Assembly: GCA_022340585.1 (NCBI GenBank)
Contig: JAJDNS010000190.1
Location: 4,130 to 68,129, forward strand
Direction: 5' to 3'
Source: Acidobacteriota bacterium
GTDB lineage: Bacteria > Acidobacteriota > Vicinamibacteria > Fen-336
DNA: 64,000 nucleotides
This document shows positions 25,681-34,828 of this stretch, one piece after another; the first letter of the stretch is position 1; the number at the start of each line of letters is the position of its first letter. The position numbers and the translations under genes are program-made. The notes below the pieces were generated by a model. The model did no database searches, was not told the DNA's origin, and saw only the letters and a list, made by a program, of their open reading frames with translations.

Positions 25681-27600
25681 GTGATGGAAGCGATCGAGGG
25701 GCCTCTCTGGGAGGGTGTCCTCCCGGGAGTCCTGCGCACGCTCTTCGTGGGCCGCAAGACGGGGGTCCTGTCCTTCCACCTGAAGGACGAGCGCCGAAGC
25801 GTTCGCTTCCTCGGCGGGAACATCGTGAGCGCCGAGAGCAGCGTTCGCGAGGACTGGATGGGCGAGATACTCGTTCGCCAGGGCCGCCTGTCGCGGGACG
25901 ACCTCAAGCGCGCGGTGGGGTTCGCGCTGCGCGACAAGAGACGCTTGGGGGTCGTGCTGCAGGAGCTCGGCCTCCTCGACGCCGACGGTCTCGAGGAGGC
26001 GGTGGGCGACCACGTGAAGGCCGTGCTCGGCAAGGTCTTCTCGTGGAGCGACGGACGCTACCGCTTCGAGGAGGGACCGGAGGATCAGGCTCGGGAGGGC
26101 GACGTGACCCTGCGGCTCTCCACCGGAGAGCTGATCCTGGAGGCGGCCCGGAGCGTCTCGGACCCCGATGTCGTCCGCTTCAACCTCGGCAACCTCGACC
26201 AGGTCCTGGCCCTGTCGAACGATCCTCTGCTGCGCTTCCAGCGGATCAGCCTCAGCCCCGCCGACGGCTTCGTTCTCTCGCGGGTGAACGGCAGGCTGAC
26301 CGCACGCGAGCTGGGAGACCTCGTCCCGCTCGCCGAGGACCAGTTCCATCGCAGCCTCTTCGGGCTCCTCTCCGCGGGCGTGGTCGACTTCCTGCCCGAG
26401 GATTCGGGGGCCGGGGCGGACAGGGGAGCGGTGGCCCCATCGGCCGCGGAGCCCGTGGTCGAGACCCCGAAGGCGCCACCGCTGCCGGATTGGGCAGAGG
26501 AGACGATGGTCATCCCGTCGGAGCTGCCTCCCGACACGGGGCAGTCGGCGATGGAGAAGACGGTGGTGATCCCGCCGCCCGGGCAGTCGGCGATGGAGAA
26601 GACGGTGGTGATCCCGCCGCCCGGGCAGTCGGCGATGGAGAAGACGGTGGTGATCCCGTCGCCCGACCGCTCGGCGGTCGAGGAGGAGGCCGTCCCGTCG
26701 TCGGAGGAGTGGGCGGACGGGCAAACCATGATCATGCCGCCCCTCCGTGATCTGCCCATCGGCCAGACGATGTCCCTCCCGACCCTCCCCACCGCCGCGG
26801 GAGGCGCCCCCCTCGCGTCCGAGGCCGAGAAGACACAGAAGCTGGCCCCGGTGGACACCCGTCGCCTGGAGGTCCTGGACGCCTACGAGAACCTGGCGGC
26901 GCGGACCCACTTCGAGGTCCTCGGAGTGCCGAGCGACGCCCGGGAGGCCCAGGTCCGGGAAGCCTACTTCCGCCTCGCCAAGCGCTTTCACCCCGACGTG
27001 CACCACGACCCTGCGCTCTCGGACCTGCGCGAGCAGCTGGATGAGATCTTCGGCCGCCTGGGCGAGGCCTACGAGGTGCTCTGCAGCCCACGCCTCCGGG
27101 CCCGCTACGAGAAGCTGCTGGCCGAGCAGGTGGCGGCGCCCCAGACCCGCGCGCGGCGCGAGCCCGAGGAGGAAGAGGTGCTGGCCGCGGAGGCGATCGA
27201 CCGGGGTGCGGAGAGCATCGCCGGGGAGCGCTACTCCGAGGCGATCAAGCTGCTGGAGCCGGCCATCACCCGGGCCCGGGGCGAGGCCCGCTCCCGCGGT
27301 CGCATCCTGTTGGCCCGGGCGTATGCGGAGCACCCCAACTGGGTCAAGCAGGGCGAGGAGCTTCTGCTGAGCGTGCTCCTGGAGGAGCCGGAGAACGAGG
27401 ACGCCCTGCTGCTCCTCGGCCGCATCTACGGCGGTCTGGGCCTCCGGAGCCGGGCGGTGGCGATGCTCGGTCGCGTGCTCGACCGGCACCCCGAGCACGT
27501 CGAGGCCCAGGGGCTGATCACGGAGATCGGCGGCTCTTCCCTCTCGCCCGGGCAGGGACACGCCCGGATGAAGAGCCTGCTCAGCTGGAGACCCGGCTAG
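25681..27600 (+). CDS. DUF4388-like N-domain / repeat linker / DnaJ J-domain / TPR protein
   Basis: N-terminus LRTLFVGRKTGVLSFHLKDERRSVRFLGGNIVSAES is DUF4388-like. J-domain: THFEVLGVPSDAREAQVREAYFRLAKRFHPDVHHD (HPD present). The C-terminus has TPR-like helices. Confidence 0.8.
   Translation: MMEAIEGPLWEGVLPGVLRTLFVGRKTGVLSFHLKDERRSVRFLGGNIVSAESSVREDWMGEILVRQGRLSRDDLKRAVGFALRDKRRLGVVLQELGLLDADGLEEAVGDHVKAVLGKVFSWSDGRYRFEEGPEDQAREGDVTLRLSTGELILEAARSVSDPDVVRFNLGNLDQVLALSNDPLLRFQRISLSPADGFVLSRVNGRLTARELGDLVPLAEDQFHRSLFGLLSAGVVDFLPEDSGAGADRGAVAPSAAEPVVETPKAPPLPDWAEETMVIPSELPPDTGQSAMEKTVVIPPPGQSAMEKTVVIPPPGQSAMEKTVVIPSPDRSAVEEEAVPSSEEWADGQTMIMPPLRDLPIGQTMSLPTLPTAAGGAPLASEAEKTQKLAPVDTRRLEVLDAYENLAARTHFEVLGVPSDAREAQVREAYFRLAKRFHPDVHHDPALSDLREQLDEIFGRLGEAYEVLCSPRLRARYEKLLAEQVAAPQTRARREPEEEEVLAAEAIDRGAESIAGERYSEAIKLLEPAITRARGEARSRGRILLARAYAEHPNWVKQGEELLLSVLLEEPENEDALLLLGRIYGGLGLRSRAVAMLGRVLDRHPEHVEAQGLITEIGGSSLSPGQGHARMKSLLSWRPG
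26539..26664 (+). repeat. in-frame tandem repeat, 42 bp x 3 (GQSAMEKTVVIPPP)
   Basis: Copies at 26539-26580 and 26581-26622 are identical. The copy at 26623-26664 differs by one base (P to S). A degenerate copy (ETMVIPSELPPDT) precedes them. Confidence 0.95.
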
Positions 27601-27613
27601 ACGGATCCCAGAC

Positions 27614-29380
27614 CTACTGAGGAGCGGCCGCCGCCCCCGCGGTGGCGGTTCCGTCCCCGGTGGTGAAATCCACCGAGACCGGATCGTCGCTCGGTGAGGA
27701 GAGGGTCACCGTGAAGTCGACCTGGGTCGTTCCCGCGTCGCCCTCGGTGACCTGAGCGTCGGAGACGCCCAGAGCGGGGAGCGGACCCGCGCCGGGGAGG
27801 GCGACGCCGCGCCGGTGCTGGCTGCCCCGGCCGGTTCCCCAGAGGATCCGGGCCCCCGCGGTGCCGGGCAGGTCGAAGGCGACGACCCCGGAGGCCGCGG
27901 TGCCGAGAACCGCCTCGAGGTCGGGGTCCCCGTCGATGTCGGCCACGGTGGGGGCGGCCAGGCTCCCGTTCCACTCGCCCGAGCCCACCGCGGGCAGGGG
28001 GATGCGGTGGAGCTCGTTGCCCCACGCGTCGAGCACGTGAAGGTGACCCGAGAGGCCGCTCCCATTCCGGGGCCACGACGCAAACAGCACCTCGGCGCTC
28101 CCATCGCCGTCGAGATCGACAACCGCCGGCTCGCTGGCGAAGCGATAGGTGTCCCCACCGCTGCCGGTGGCGGGAACGGTGTAGGGCCAGGCCCCGTGCT
28201 GGGTCTTGTCGAGCCAGTAGGCGTGCATCCTCCCGTCGTAGGAGGGATACAGGATCTCGAGCCGCCCGTCGCCGTCGAGATCGGCGGGCACGACGTTCGT
28301 CGCCGCGCTCTGGATGACGTGCCAGTCTTCCGACTTCGGTCCAGCGCCGGCGGGGGGCGTGGGGACCACCGTCCAGTCGAACCCGGCTCCGCTCCACCGC
28401 GTGCGGTCCGGGCGGAGGATGAAGGGGATCTGGTACAGGCTGGTGTAGGGCGAGGTGGCACAGTTGTGCACGTTGCCGACGACCACGATCTCGAGCGACC
28501 CGTCACCGTCGACGTCGGCGACGGCGGGAGCACCCTGGATGAAGTTGGGCCGGTGCTCGGTCCCGCAGTGGGCGTATCCCCGCAAGTCGACCTCGTGATC
28601 GACGTGGACGCCGACCTCGCTCCAGAACGTGCGTCCCGTGTACATCGCGTGGACCGGCAGCTGGTCCCCGCCGTCGTCGAAGGCCATGATGTAGTGCGAG
28701 TCGGTGGGCACGATCAGCTCCATGTCGCCATCCCCGTCCAGGTCCTCGACGGCGACGTTCTGGTTGAACAGGCCCGCGCCGTAGCCCGGCTCCCCGGCTC
28801 GCTTGGCCGGCCACCCCGAGCGGACGGTCCCGGAGGGCTCGTAGACCTCGACCTGGTTCGTGGAGACCCCGGCCGCGTGGCCGGCCACGATCTCGAGGAC
28901 CCCGTCAGCCTCCAGGTCGGCCACGGCCAGGGTCCGCACCTCTCCGCTGCCGAAGGGGTGGCGCGTCCAGACCACGGCCCCGGTGCTGTCGTAGACCATG
29001 AGATTGTCGGAGTTGCGACCCACCACGATCTCGAGGGGTCCGTCACCGGTGAGGTCGGCGATCACCACCCCGGGATAGACGCGGTTGGCGTGGGTCGCCC
29101 GCCACTCCAGGCCGCCGGTCGCCCCGTCGAGGGACACCAGGTCGTAGGAGCCCCACACGACCTCAGGCTCACCGTCGTCGTCGATGTCGGCGACCGCCGG
29201 CGAGGCGTACCAGCCCGTCTGGCACCAGGACGTGCACCCGCCGCGCTCCCACTTGAGGACCGGCGCGGCCACGTCCGCCGACGCCTCCGGGCCCGGTGCC
29301 CCCACGAGGCCGAGTATCGTCAGGCTGGCCGCCCGCCTGACGACTCGTCGCCAGGATCCGTCCCGACCCCTGTCCGCCAT
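27614..29380 (-). CDS. secreted FG-GAP/VCBS repeat beta-propeller protein ending in a partial Calx-beta-like segment
   Basis: ATG 29380 is preceded by GGAGGAGG. There are eight FG-GAP-like calcium-loop repeats (VADIDDDGEPEVV, IADLTGDGPLEIVV, VADLEADGVLEIV, VEDLDGDGDMELIV, VADVDGDGSLEIVV, PADLDGDGRLEILY, VVDLDGDGSAEVLF, VADIDGDPDLEAV). Confidence 0.85.
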   Translation of the reverse strand: MADRGRDGSWRRVVRRAASLTILGLVGAPGPEASADVAAPVLKWERGGCTSWCQTGWYASPAVADIDDDGEPEVVWGSYDLVSLDGATGGLEWRATHANRVYPGVVIADLTGDGPLEIVVGRNSDNLMVYDSTGAVVWTRHPFGSGEVRTLAVADLEADGVLEIVAGHAAGVSTNQVEVYEPSGTVRSGWPAKRAGEPGYGAGLFNQNVAVEDLDGDGDMELIVPTDSHYIMAFDDGGDQLPVHAMYTGRTFWSEVGVHVDHEVDLRGYAHCGTEHRPNFIQGAPAVADVDGDGSLEIVVVGNVHNCATSPYTSLYQIPFILRPDRTRWSGAGFDWTVVPTPPAGAGPKSEDWHVIQSAATNVVPADLDGDGRLEILYPSYDGRMHAYWLDKTQHGAWPYTVPATGSGGDTYRFASEPAVVDLDGDGSAEVLFASWPRNGSGLSGHLHVLDAWGNELHRIPLPAVGSGEWNGSLAAPTVADIDGDPDLEAVLGTAASGVVAFDLPGTAGARILWGTGRGSQHRRGVALPGAGPLPALGVSDAQVTEGDAGTTQVDFTVTLSSPSDDPVSVDFTTGDGTATAGAAAAPQ

Positions 29381-29520
29381 CTCGCCTCCTCCGGCGAAGG
29401 GCAACGCGCTCCGGTGGTCTGCCGGAAGAGACCCTAGCGCCCCTGGCCCCGGAGTGCGGCGATCCCCGTCACACTTCGCCCCGTGCTCCTGGCCGCGGGT
29501 CGCGGTCTCGGGGGAGGCGC

Positions 29521-32500
29521 TCAGGCTCCGTCGGTCGGCTTGGTGCCCGCAGGCTCGTCGGCGCCGATGCGGAACCGACCGATGGCCGCATTGAACCGCT
29601 CCGACAGGGCCACGAGGTGGCGCACCGCCTTCGAGGTCTCTCGGGACCCGGCTGCCGACTGCTCGGCGATGTTGGCGATCGTCTGCATGGCGTCGGCGAC
29701 GGTGCGGGTGGCGGTGGTCTGCTCCTTCGAGGCGCTGGAGATCTGGCGGCTGAGGTCGGTGGACTGCTCGACGAGGGACTGGATCTCGGCCAGGCTCTTC
29801 TGGGCAAGCTCCGAGAGCTCCTGGCCGGACTGGACCTCGTCCTGACCGACCTTCATCGCCTCGAGGACCTCCCGGATGTCCTCCACGATGCCCTCGACGA
29901 TGACCGTCACGTCCCTCGTGGCCTTCTGCGAGCGGTCGGCGAGGCGGCGGATCTCCTCCGCCACCACCCCGAAGCCGCGGCCGGCCTCGCCGGCGTGGGC
30001 GGCCTCGATGGCCGCGTTGAGGGCGAGGAGATTCGACTCGGCGGCGAGCTCCTCGATGAGCTCGATGATCTCGAAGACCTCCTGGCTGCGCTGCTCGAGC
30101 TGGCGCATCTTGTCCCCGGTCGCCGCCACCGCAGAGTCGATGCGCTTCATGCCTTCCACCGCGGCCCGGACCGCCACGTCGCCGTCGTGGACGTGGGCAA
30201 GGGCGGAGCTGGCGGTCTCGGCAGAGTGGGCGGCGTTGTCGGCCACCTGGGACATCGACGCTGCCATCTCGTCGACGGCGGTGGACGTGGAGAGCACCTG
30301 CTCCGTTCCGTACTGCGAGCCCCTCGAGATCTCGTTGGCGGTGGCCAGGATCTGGGAGGCGGAGCTCGCCACCGAGATCGCGGCGCCGCGCACATCGGCC
30401 AGAAGCTCGGAGAAGCGGGACAGCATCTGGTTGATCGATCCGCCGATCCGGCCCAGGGTCTCCTCTCCTTCCGACGCCCGCTTCGTCAGATCGCCCTCGG
30501 CGATCTCGGCCACGACCGCCGTGAGCGCGGCGAGGTCCCGCTCCAGCCTCACCTCCGCTCGCTTGCTCTCGGTGATCTCCTTGGAGACTCCGACGAGTCC
30601 GGTGACCGTTCCCGAGGCGTCGCGGGTGGGGACCTTGGTCACCAGGTACCAGCGGTCGGACCGGGTGTCGTGCTCGGTCTGGCCCAGCAGCGGAGTGTTC
30701 GCCCTCATCAGCTCCTGCTCGTCGGCGAGCGTCTTCTTCGCGAACTCCGGGGAGAAGAACTCGATATCGCTCTTGCCGATGGCGTCCTCGGGGCTGAGGA
30801 GCTGCAGCGAAGCCGCCTGGGCAGCGTTGACTCGAAGGAAACGGCTCTCACGGTCCTTGAAGTAGATCTGGTCGGGGATGGTGTCGATGAGCGTCCGCAG
30901 CAGATCCCGCTCGCGCCCCGCCTCGGTCTCCAGCCGGCGTCTCTCCTCGATCTCCCGCTCGATGGCCTGCTGCTGCTCCACGAGCTCGGCGTTGGCCTTG
31001 CGGGCCTGCTCCGCCGCCTCACGCGTCTTCTCCTCGGCCTGTCGCCGCTCGGAGACCTCGCTCTCCAGCGCTGCGGTCCGCTCGCGGACACGGTCCTCCA
31101 GCTCGTCCCGGGCCTGGGTGATCTCCGCGTGGGCGGCCTCGAGGGCGCGGTTCTTCCGGTTTGCCGAGCGCACCCAGAATGCACCTCCGGACAGCACGAG
31201 AAGGAGCGCGGCCAGGAGGACGAGGGTGTGACGCAGGCGCCACCAGGACGCGGCCCGGGTGACGACCACGTCGTCGACCGAACGGAGCAGAACCCGGAAG
31301 GAGGCCGGTGGGCCGGCCGTGTAGGCGTACACGCCGGTGATCCGGACGTCGCTCCCTTCCACGATCCCGGCCAGCCCCGCGCTCTCCTCCGTGGCCTCGA
31401 CCTCGGCGTTGAAGACCTGCTCGCCGATCTGCAGGATCAAGACGCGACTCGCAGGGGTGAGGGTGGCCCCCAGGAGCTGGCAGTCGACCCGGACGAGGGT
31501 GGCGTCGTATTCGATGGAGAGGGGAGTCTCGGCGTCGACGGGGACGGGGTCCGGCTCGGCTCCCTGGCCCGCTCTACGAAGGCTCGCGTTGGCCAGGATG
31601 GGCCGGGACCCCCGAACGAAGACGGGGAAGCCCACCGCGTCGGCACGATCCCCCGCAGCCAGCGAGATCTCATCGGCGCTCTCGACCTTCAACCCCCCCT
31701 GCGCATCCTGAAGGTAGACGTACTGCCCGGGTCGGGTGACGGTCACCACCCCCTGCAGGTGGATGCGATGGTCCGTCGAGCCGTCCGTCGAGAATTCGAG
31801 GACCCGGTTGAGGGGGCGCGGCGCGAGGGTGAAGGGATCCGCTGGCCCCGGCTCCTCGATGACGACGTCCTCCACCCGCGCGACCTGGATGGCGACCCCG
31901 GTCAGCTGCCCGGTCGCGGTGAAGGTCGAGGAGCACACCCCTCGCAGGCGAACCCGCGCGTCCACGAGGGGAGGAAGCGATTCTTCCGTGACGTTCCCGA
32001 AGTTCGCCTGGACCGTCCCCCCGGGGACCGCCACCTCGGCGACGAAGCGCGGGTCCTGGGCCTGGGTGGATCGCACGATTCCAGTGATCTCGATCCGCTG
32101 GCTGTCGAAGCGTCCGGTGGCGAGCTCGTAGTAGGGAGGCGCGGGCGGCGGGCCGAGCCGCCCTCGGCCTACGGCCCGAACCGACGCGGCGACGATGACG
32201 GGGGCGAAGTCGCCGCTGTCGGTCCGTCCCGTCAGCTCCACGAGGTCACCGGTGGTGACCTGGAGCTCGTCCGTCAGCTCGCTGAGGTTGACGTAGATCC
32301 CGGTCGTGCCGTCGTCGACGAACAGCTGGGAGTATCCCGCCGTGCTGACGTGCGAGGCCGTGGCCCGCAGCCGGACCGGATAGCCCCGGTCCGCCTCTCC
32401 GCGGTCGAGGGCCCTCACTGCGGCGATGGAGGTGACGGTGGGGAGGTCCGACTCCGGGGTCACGTCCTGGGCCCCGAGGGCGGGGGCGAGAGCCCCGACG

Positions 32501-32598
32501 ATGCCGAGGGTTGCCAGCAGGACGCTGGCCCGCGTGGGACGGAGCGAGATGCCCGACTCAGCCAGGGTGGCCGTCAGCACGGCGCCAGTATGCCCCAT
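29521..32598 (-). CDS. ~1025-aa methyl-accepting chemotaxis protein: large periplasmic repeat sensor, TM, coiled coil, PAS, MCP signalling domain
   Basis: The C-terminus has the canonical MCP hairpin ([44 protein letters not shown]). PAS: [18 protein letters not shown]...WYLVTKVP...[11 protein letters not shown]. The start is uncertain (ATG 32598 or GTG 32685). Confidence 0.85.
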   Translation of the reverse strand: MGHTGAVLTATLAESGISLRPTRASVLLATLGIVGALAPALGAQDVTPESDLPTVTSIAAVRALDRGEADRGYPVRLRATASHVSTAGYSQLFVDDGTTGIYVNLSELTDELQVTTGDLVELTGRTDSGDFAPVIVAASVRAVGRGRLGPPPAPPYYELATGRFDSQRIEITGIVRSTQAQDPRFVAEVAVPGGTVQANFGNVTEESLPPLVDARVRLRGVCSSTFTATGQLTGVAIQVARVEDVVIEEPGPADPFTLAPRPLNRVLEFSTDGSTDHRIHLQGVVTVTRPGQYVYLQDAQGGLKVESADEISLAAGDRADAVGFPVFVRGSRPILANASLRRAGQGAEPDPVPVDAETPLSIEYDATLVRVDCQLLGATLTPASRVLILQIGEQVFNAEVEATEESAGLAGIVEGSDVRITGVYAYTAGPPASFRVLLRSVDDVVVTRAASWWRLRHTLVLLAALLLVLSGGAFWVRSANRKNRALEAAHAEITQARDELEDRVRERTAALESEVSERRQAEEKTREAAEQARKANAELVEQQQAIEREIEERRRLETEAGRERDLLRTLIDTIPDQIYFKDRESRFLRVNAAQAASLQLLSPEDAIGKSDIEFFSPEFAKKTLADEQELMRANTPLLGQTEHDTRSDRWYLVTKVPTRDASGTVTGLVGVSKEITESKRAEVRLERDLAALTAVVAEIAEGDLTKRASEGEETLGRIGGSINQMLSRFSELLADVRGAAISVASSASQILATANEISRGSQYGTEQVLSTSTAVDEMAASMSQVADNAAHSAETASSALAHVHDGDVAVRAAVEGMKRIDSAVAATGDKMRQLEQRSQEVFEIIELIEELAAESNLLALNAAIEAAHAGEAGRGFGVVAEEIRRLADRSQKATRDVTVIVEGIVEDIREVLEAMKVGQDEVQSGQELSELAQKSLAEIQSLVEQSTDLSRQISSASKEQTTATRTVADAMQTIANIAEQSAAGSRETSKAVRHLVALSERFNAAIGRFRIGADEPAGTKPTDGA

Positions 32599-33251
32599 GG
32601 CCGGCTCGGTTGCACCCAAAGGGTGATTCCCCGTGGGCGGCCTCTGGCCAGAAGTCTCGGGCTGACCGGCGAGGGATACGACCACGCCTCGCGCCCGGCG
32701 GCGGCGAGCCGTTCGGGCACCACCGCGGCGGCCCCGCTCCGGGTGGCCGACGTCACCACGGCCAGCCGCTCGAACTCAACCATCGAGCGGAAGGTCTCGA
32801 TGTCCGAGACGAAGGACGGGGAGTAGGTGGCGTAGACGAGGTTCGGCTCCCCGCTGCGTCCCTCCGTCATGGGGAACCCCTGGATTGACGCGTCCAGGAC
32901 GTAGGGCGCGATGAGGGGCTTGGCCAGGCCCCGGCGCCGGCACGCCTCGTCAGAGGCGAGGATGCCTCCGGCCAGCACCACGTCCACCTCGGGGTCGGCG
33001 AGCAACCGGTCGAGGACGGCGCCGACGCCCGGCAGCGTCCAATCGGCAGCGACGAGCTTCTCCTCTACCGTGAACTCGCCCTGGAGCAGCGCCCGGATCT
33101 CCTGGCGAAACCGGTCGGCGATGGGCAGGGTGCGCGGGGCCTCCCCGTCGATTACGACGCCGAGTCGGACGACGCGCGGCGCGGCGGGGTCGGAGGCATC
33201 GCCCGCAACAGCGCTCGCCGCCGCGGTGGACAGACCCAGGACCAGCGACAA
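32574..33251 (-). CDS. periplasmic-binding-protein-like (ABC_sub_bind-like) protein, apparently only about two thirds of normal length
   Basis: TTG start two codons after an in-frame [14 protein letters not shown]...[14 protein letters not shown]...[10 protein letters not shown]...ERLAVVTSA follows the order of a type-I PBP first lobe. The last ~35 codons ([18 protein letters not shown]...) look non-native and overlap the MCP start. Confidence 0.4.
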   Translation of the reverse strand: MSLVLGLSTAAASAVAGDASDPAAPRVVRLGVVIDGEAPRTLPIADRFRQEIRALLQGEFTVEEKLVAADWTLPGVGAVLDRLLADPEVDVVLAGGILASDEACRRRGLAKPLIAPYVLDASIQGFPMTEGRSGEPNLVYATYSPSFVSDIETFRSMVEFERLAVVTSATRSGAAAVVPERLAAAGREAWSYPSPVSPRLLARGRPRGITLWVQPSRPWGILAPC

Positions 33252-33314
33252 CCGTCAGATCGCTCGCACAGGCACCCTCATCGACCGCTCATCGAAGGAG
33301 GACTCACTCAACCA

Positions 33315-33320
33315 ATTATA
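33315..33320 (-). promoter_or_regulatory. perfect TATAAT -10 box (minus strand) between ydbT and the PBP-like gene
   Basis: Minus strand reads ggccataccTATAATtggttgag, about 64 nt upstream of TTG 33251. It is one of very few AT-rich hexamers in this region. Confidence 0.35.
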
Positions 33321-33337
33321 GGTATGGCCGACGAAGG

Positions 33338-34828
33338 TCAGACCGCGTCCGGGAGCCAGGCCCCGGCGGCGGAGGCCGCGCTCGAGAGCGACCGCTGAAG
33401 CTCGACCGCCGTCTCTTCGGCGAGATCCACGATGTGCGCGGCGCCGGCGGCGGTGGCCACGGTCGCCGACGCGATCCCCAGCCGGCGCTGAAACGGGCTC
33501 TGGGTGAGGCCGACCCACTGGATCTTGCTCTCGGGGACGATGGTCAGGCGCCGGTGCAGCACGCCGGTGCGCGAGATCAGGTGCCCCGCGTGGAGCGCCC
33601 AGGCGAGGACGCGGTAGCGACGCAGGGCCAGGGCCCAGGCCAGGAGCGCTCCGGGGACGAGGGCCACGATCCAGGTCCAGTGGCCGAGGGCCAGGGCGGC
33701 GGCTCCCACCAGCACGAGGGCGATGAAGAGGTATCGGAGGAACCCGCGACGGATGGTGGCCGGGCTCACCGGCCTCCAGTCGACGACGTCGAGATCGAGG
33801 CCGGGAAGGAGCTGGTCGCAGAAGCCCGCCATCTCCCGTCGGCGCAGGAGCGGGCAGAGCAGGGCCGAGCCCGAGCGCTGCCCGTCGAAGGACGAGCCGG
33901 CGGTGTGGGCGGCCACCTCCCAGAAGCCCAGACGTCTCCGGAGCCACGATGCCCCCACGCGCAGGAGCTGGATGCGAGCGGGGTTCACAACGGTCTCGAA
34001 GCGCGACAGCAGCCCGTAGCGCCGGCGTAGTCGGCCGTCGGGCTCGCGGGTGACCAGGAAGCCGAAGTTGCGGACGACGGCCAACACGATGGAAAGGAGC
34101 CAGCCGAGGAGCAGCATGGTTCCAAGGAGCACGGCGCCCGCGAGGAGCGGGCTCACCACTCCCGCGACCCCGGCCAGCCCCTTCTGCAGCCTCTCGAAGT
34201 AGCGGGGCAGCTCCTGTCCGAGGAAGACGAGCAGACCGGCGAGGGCGCCCACGATCGCGCCCACCCGGTTCGACGTGGCACCCAGAACGACGAGGTCGCC
34301 GGGGGTGGCCTGCCAGAGGACGCGGGAGGCGGGCGCGGCCTCGGGCTCGTCCGTGGGCAGTCCGCGGCCGGACAGGATCTCGGCCTTCAGCCGCTCGGCC
34401 TCGTCCCGGGCCAGGACGGCGAGGTGGGCCTCGGCCTCGGGGCCGGCCGCGGTCTCGATCCGGAAGTCCACCACGTCCACGAGCTGCTGGATCGCGTTCT
34501 GACGCAGCTCCACGTTCTGGATCTTGTCCAGGGGGATGGTGCGGAGCTGGCGGGAGACGATCCCGCTGCGGATGACGAGGTGGCTGCCGTCGACCCAGTA
34601 GCGGAGGCTCAGGTAGCGCGCCAGGGCCACCAGTACGCCGGAGCCAGCCAGGAAGAAGATCCAGGTGGTCGGGTCGGCCTGGCGTCCCCCGAGCGAGCTC
34701 ACCACGAGGAGCATCACCAGGAACCAGGCGAATCGCCCGAGGACACGCCCGATCTCGAGGAGAACGGTGAGGGGGTGGAGGCGGTGTGCCTCGACGTTCT
34801 GGCCGGGGCGAGGGCCCTGGTCGCTCAC
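33338..34828 (-). CDS. ydbT: YdbT-like membrane protein with three bacterial PH (bPH_2) domains
   Basis: GTG 34828 overlaps the ydbS-like stop as GTGA. The pattern 'TM hairpin + ...RSGIVSRQLRTIPLDKIQNVELRQNAIQQL...' recurs three times. Confidence 0.8.
   Translation of the reverse strand: MSDQGPRPGQNVEAHRLHPLTVLLEIGRVLGRFAWFLVMLLVVSSLGGRQADPTTWIFFLAGSGVLVALARYLSLRYWVDGSHLVIRSGIVSRQLRTIPLDKIQNVELRQNAIQQLVDVVDFRIETAAGPEAEAHLAVLARDEAERLKAEILSGRGLPTDEPEAAPASRVLWQATPGDLVVLGATSNRVGAIVGALAGLLVFLGQELPRYFERLQKGLAGVAGVVSPLLAGAVLLGTMLLLGWLLSIVLAVVRNFGFLVTREPDGRLRRRYGLLSRFETVVNPARIQLLRVGASWLRRRLGFWEVAAHTAGSSFDGQRSGSALLCPLLRRREMAGFCDQLLPGLDLDVVDWRPVSPATIRRGFLRYLFIALVLVGAAALALGHWTWIVALVPGALLAWALALRRYRVLAWALHAGHLISRTGVLHRRLTIVPESKIQWVGLTQSPFQRRLGIASATVATAAGAAHIVDLAEETAVELQRSLSSAASAAGAWLPDAV

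Noticed and set aside
26539-26664. Possible CRISPR array (identical 42-bp repeats)
   Set aside because: The copies are directly adjacent with no spacers, are in frame within a coding sequence, and no cas genes are present. It is a coding tandem repeat.
23416-27561. 1381-aa minus-strand ORF, the longest in the track
   Set aside because: It is antisense to two well-supported plus-strand genes: the secreted 704-aa protein and the J-domain protein with its HPD motif. Its translation is Arg/Gly/Pro/Leu/Glu/His-rich, low-complexity and without recognisable motifs. This is the typical stop-codon-poor antisense frame of GC-rich DNA.
32574-32685. Frameshift that would fuse the PBP-like ORF to the chemoreceptor
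   Set aside because: A fusion would place a secreted PBP domain before the MCP signal/TM helix, which is itself followed by another periplasmic domain. That topology is inconsistent. Third-position GC does not discriminate between the two frames here.
29617-32826. 1069-aa plus-strand ORF
   Set aside because: It is antisense to the chemoreceptor, whose MCP hairpin and PAS motifs are unambiguous. Its translation is Gly/Arg/Leu/Asp/Glu repeats with no domain signature.
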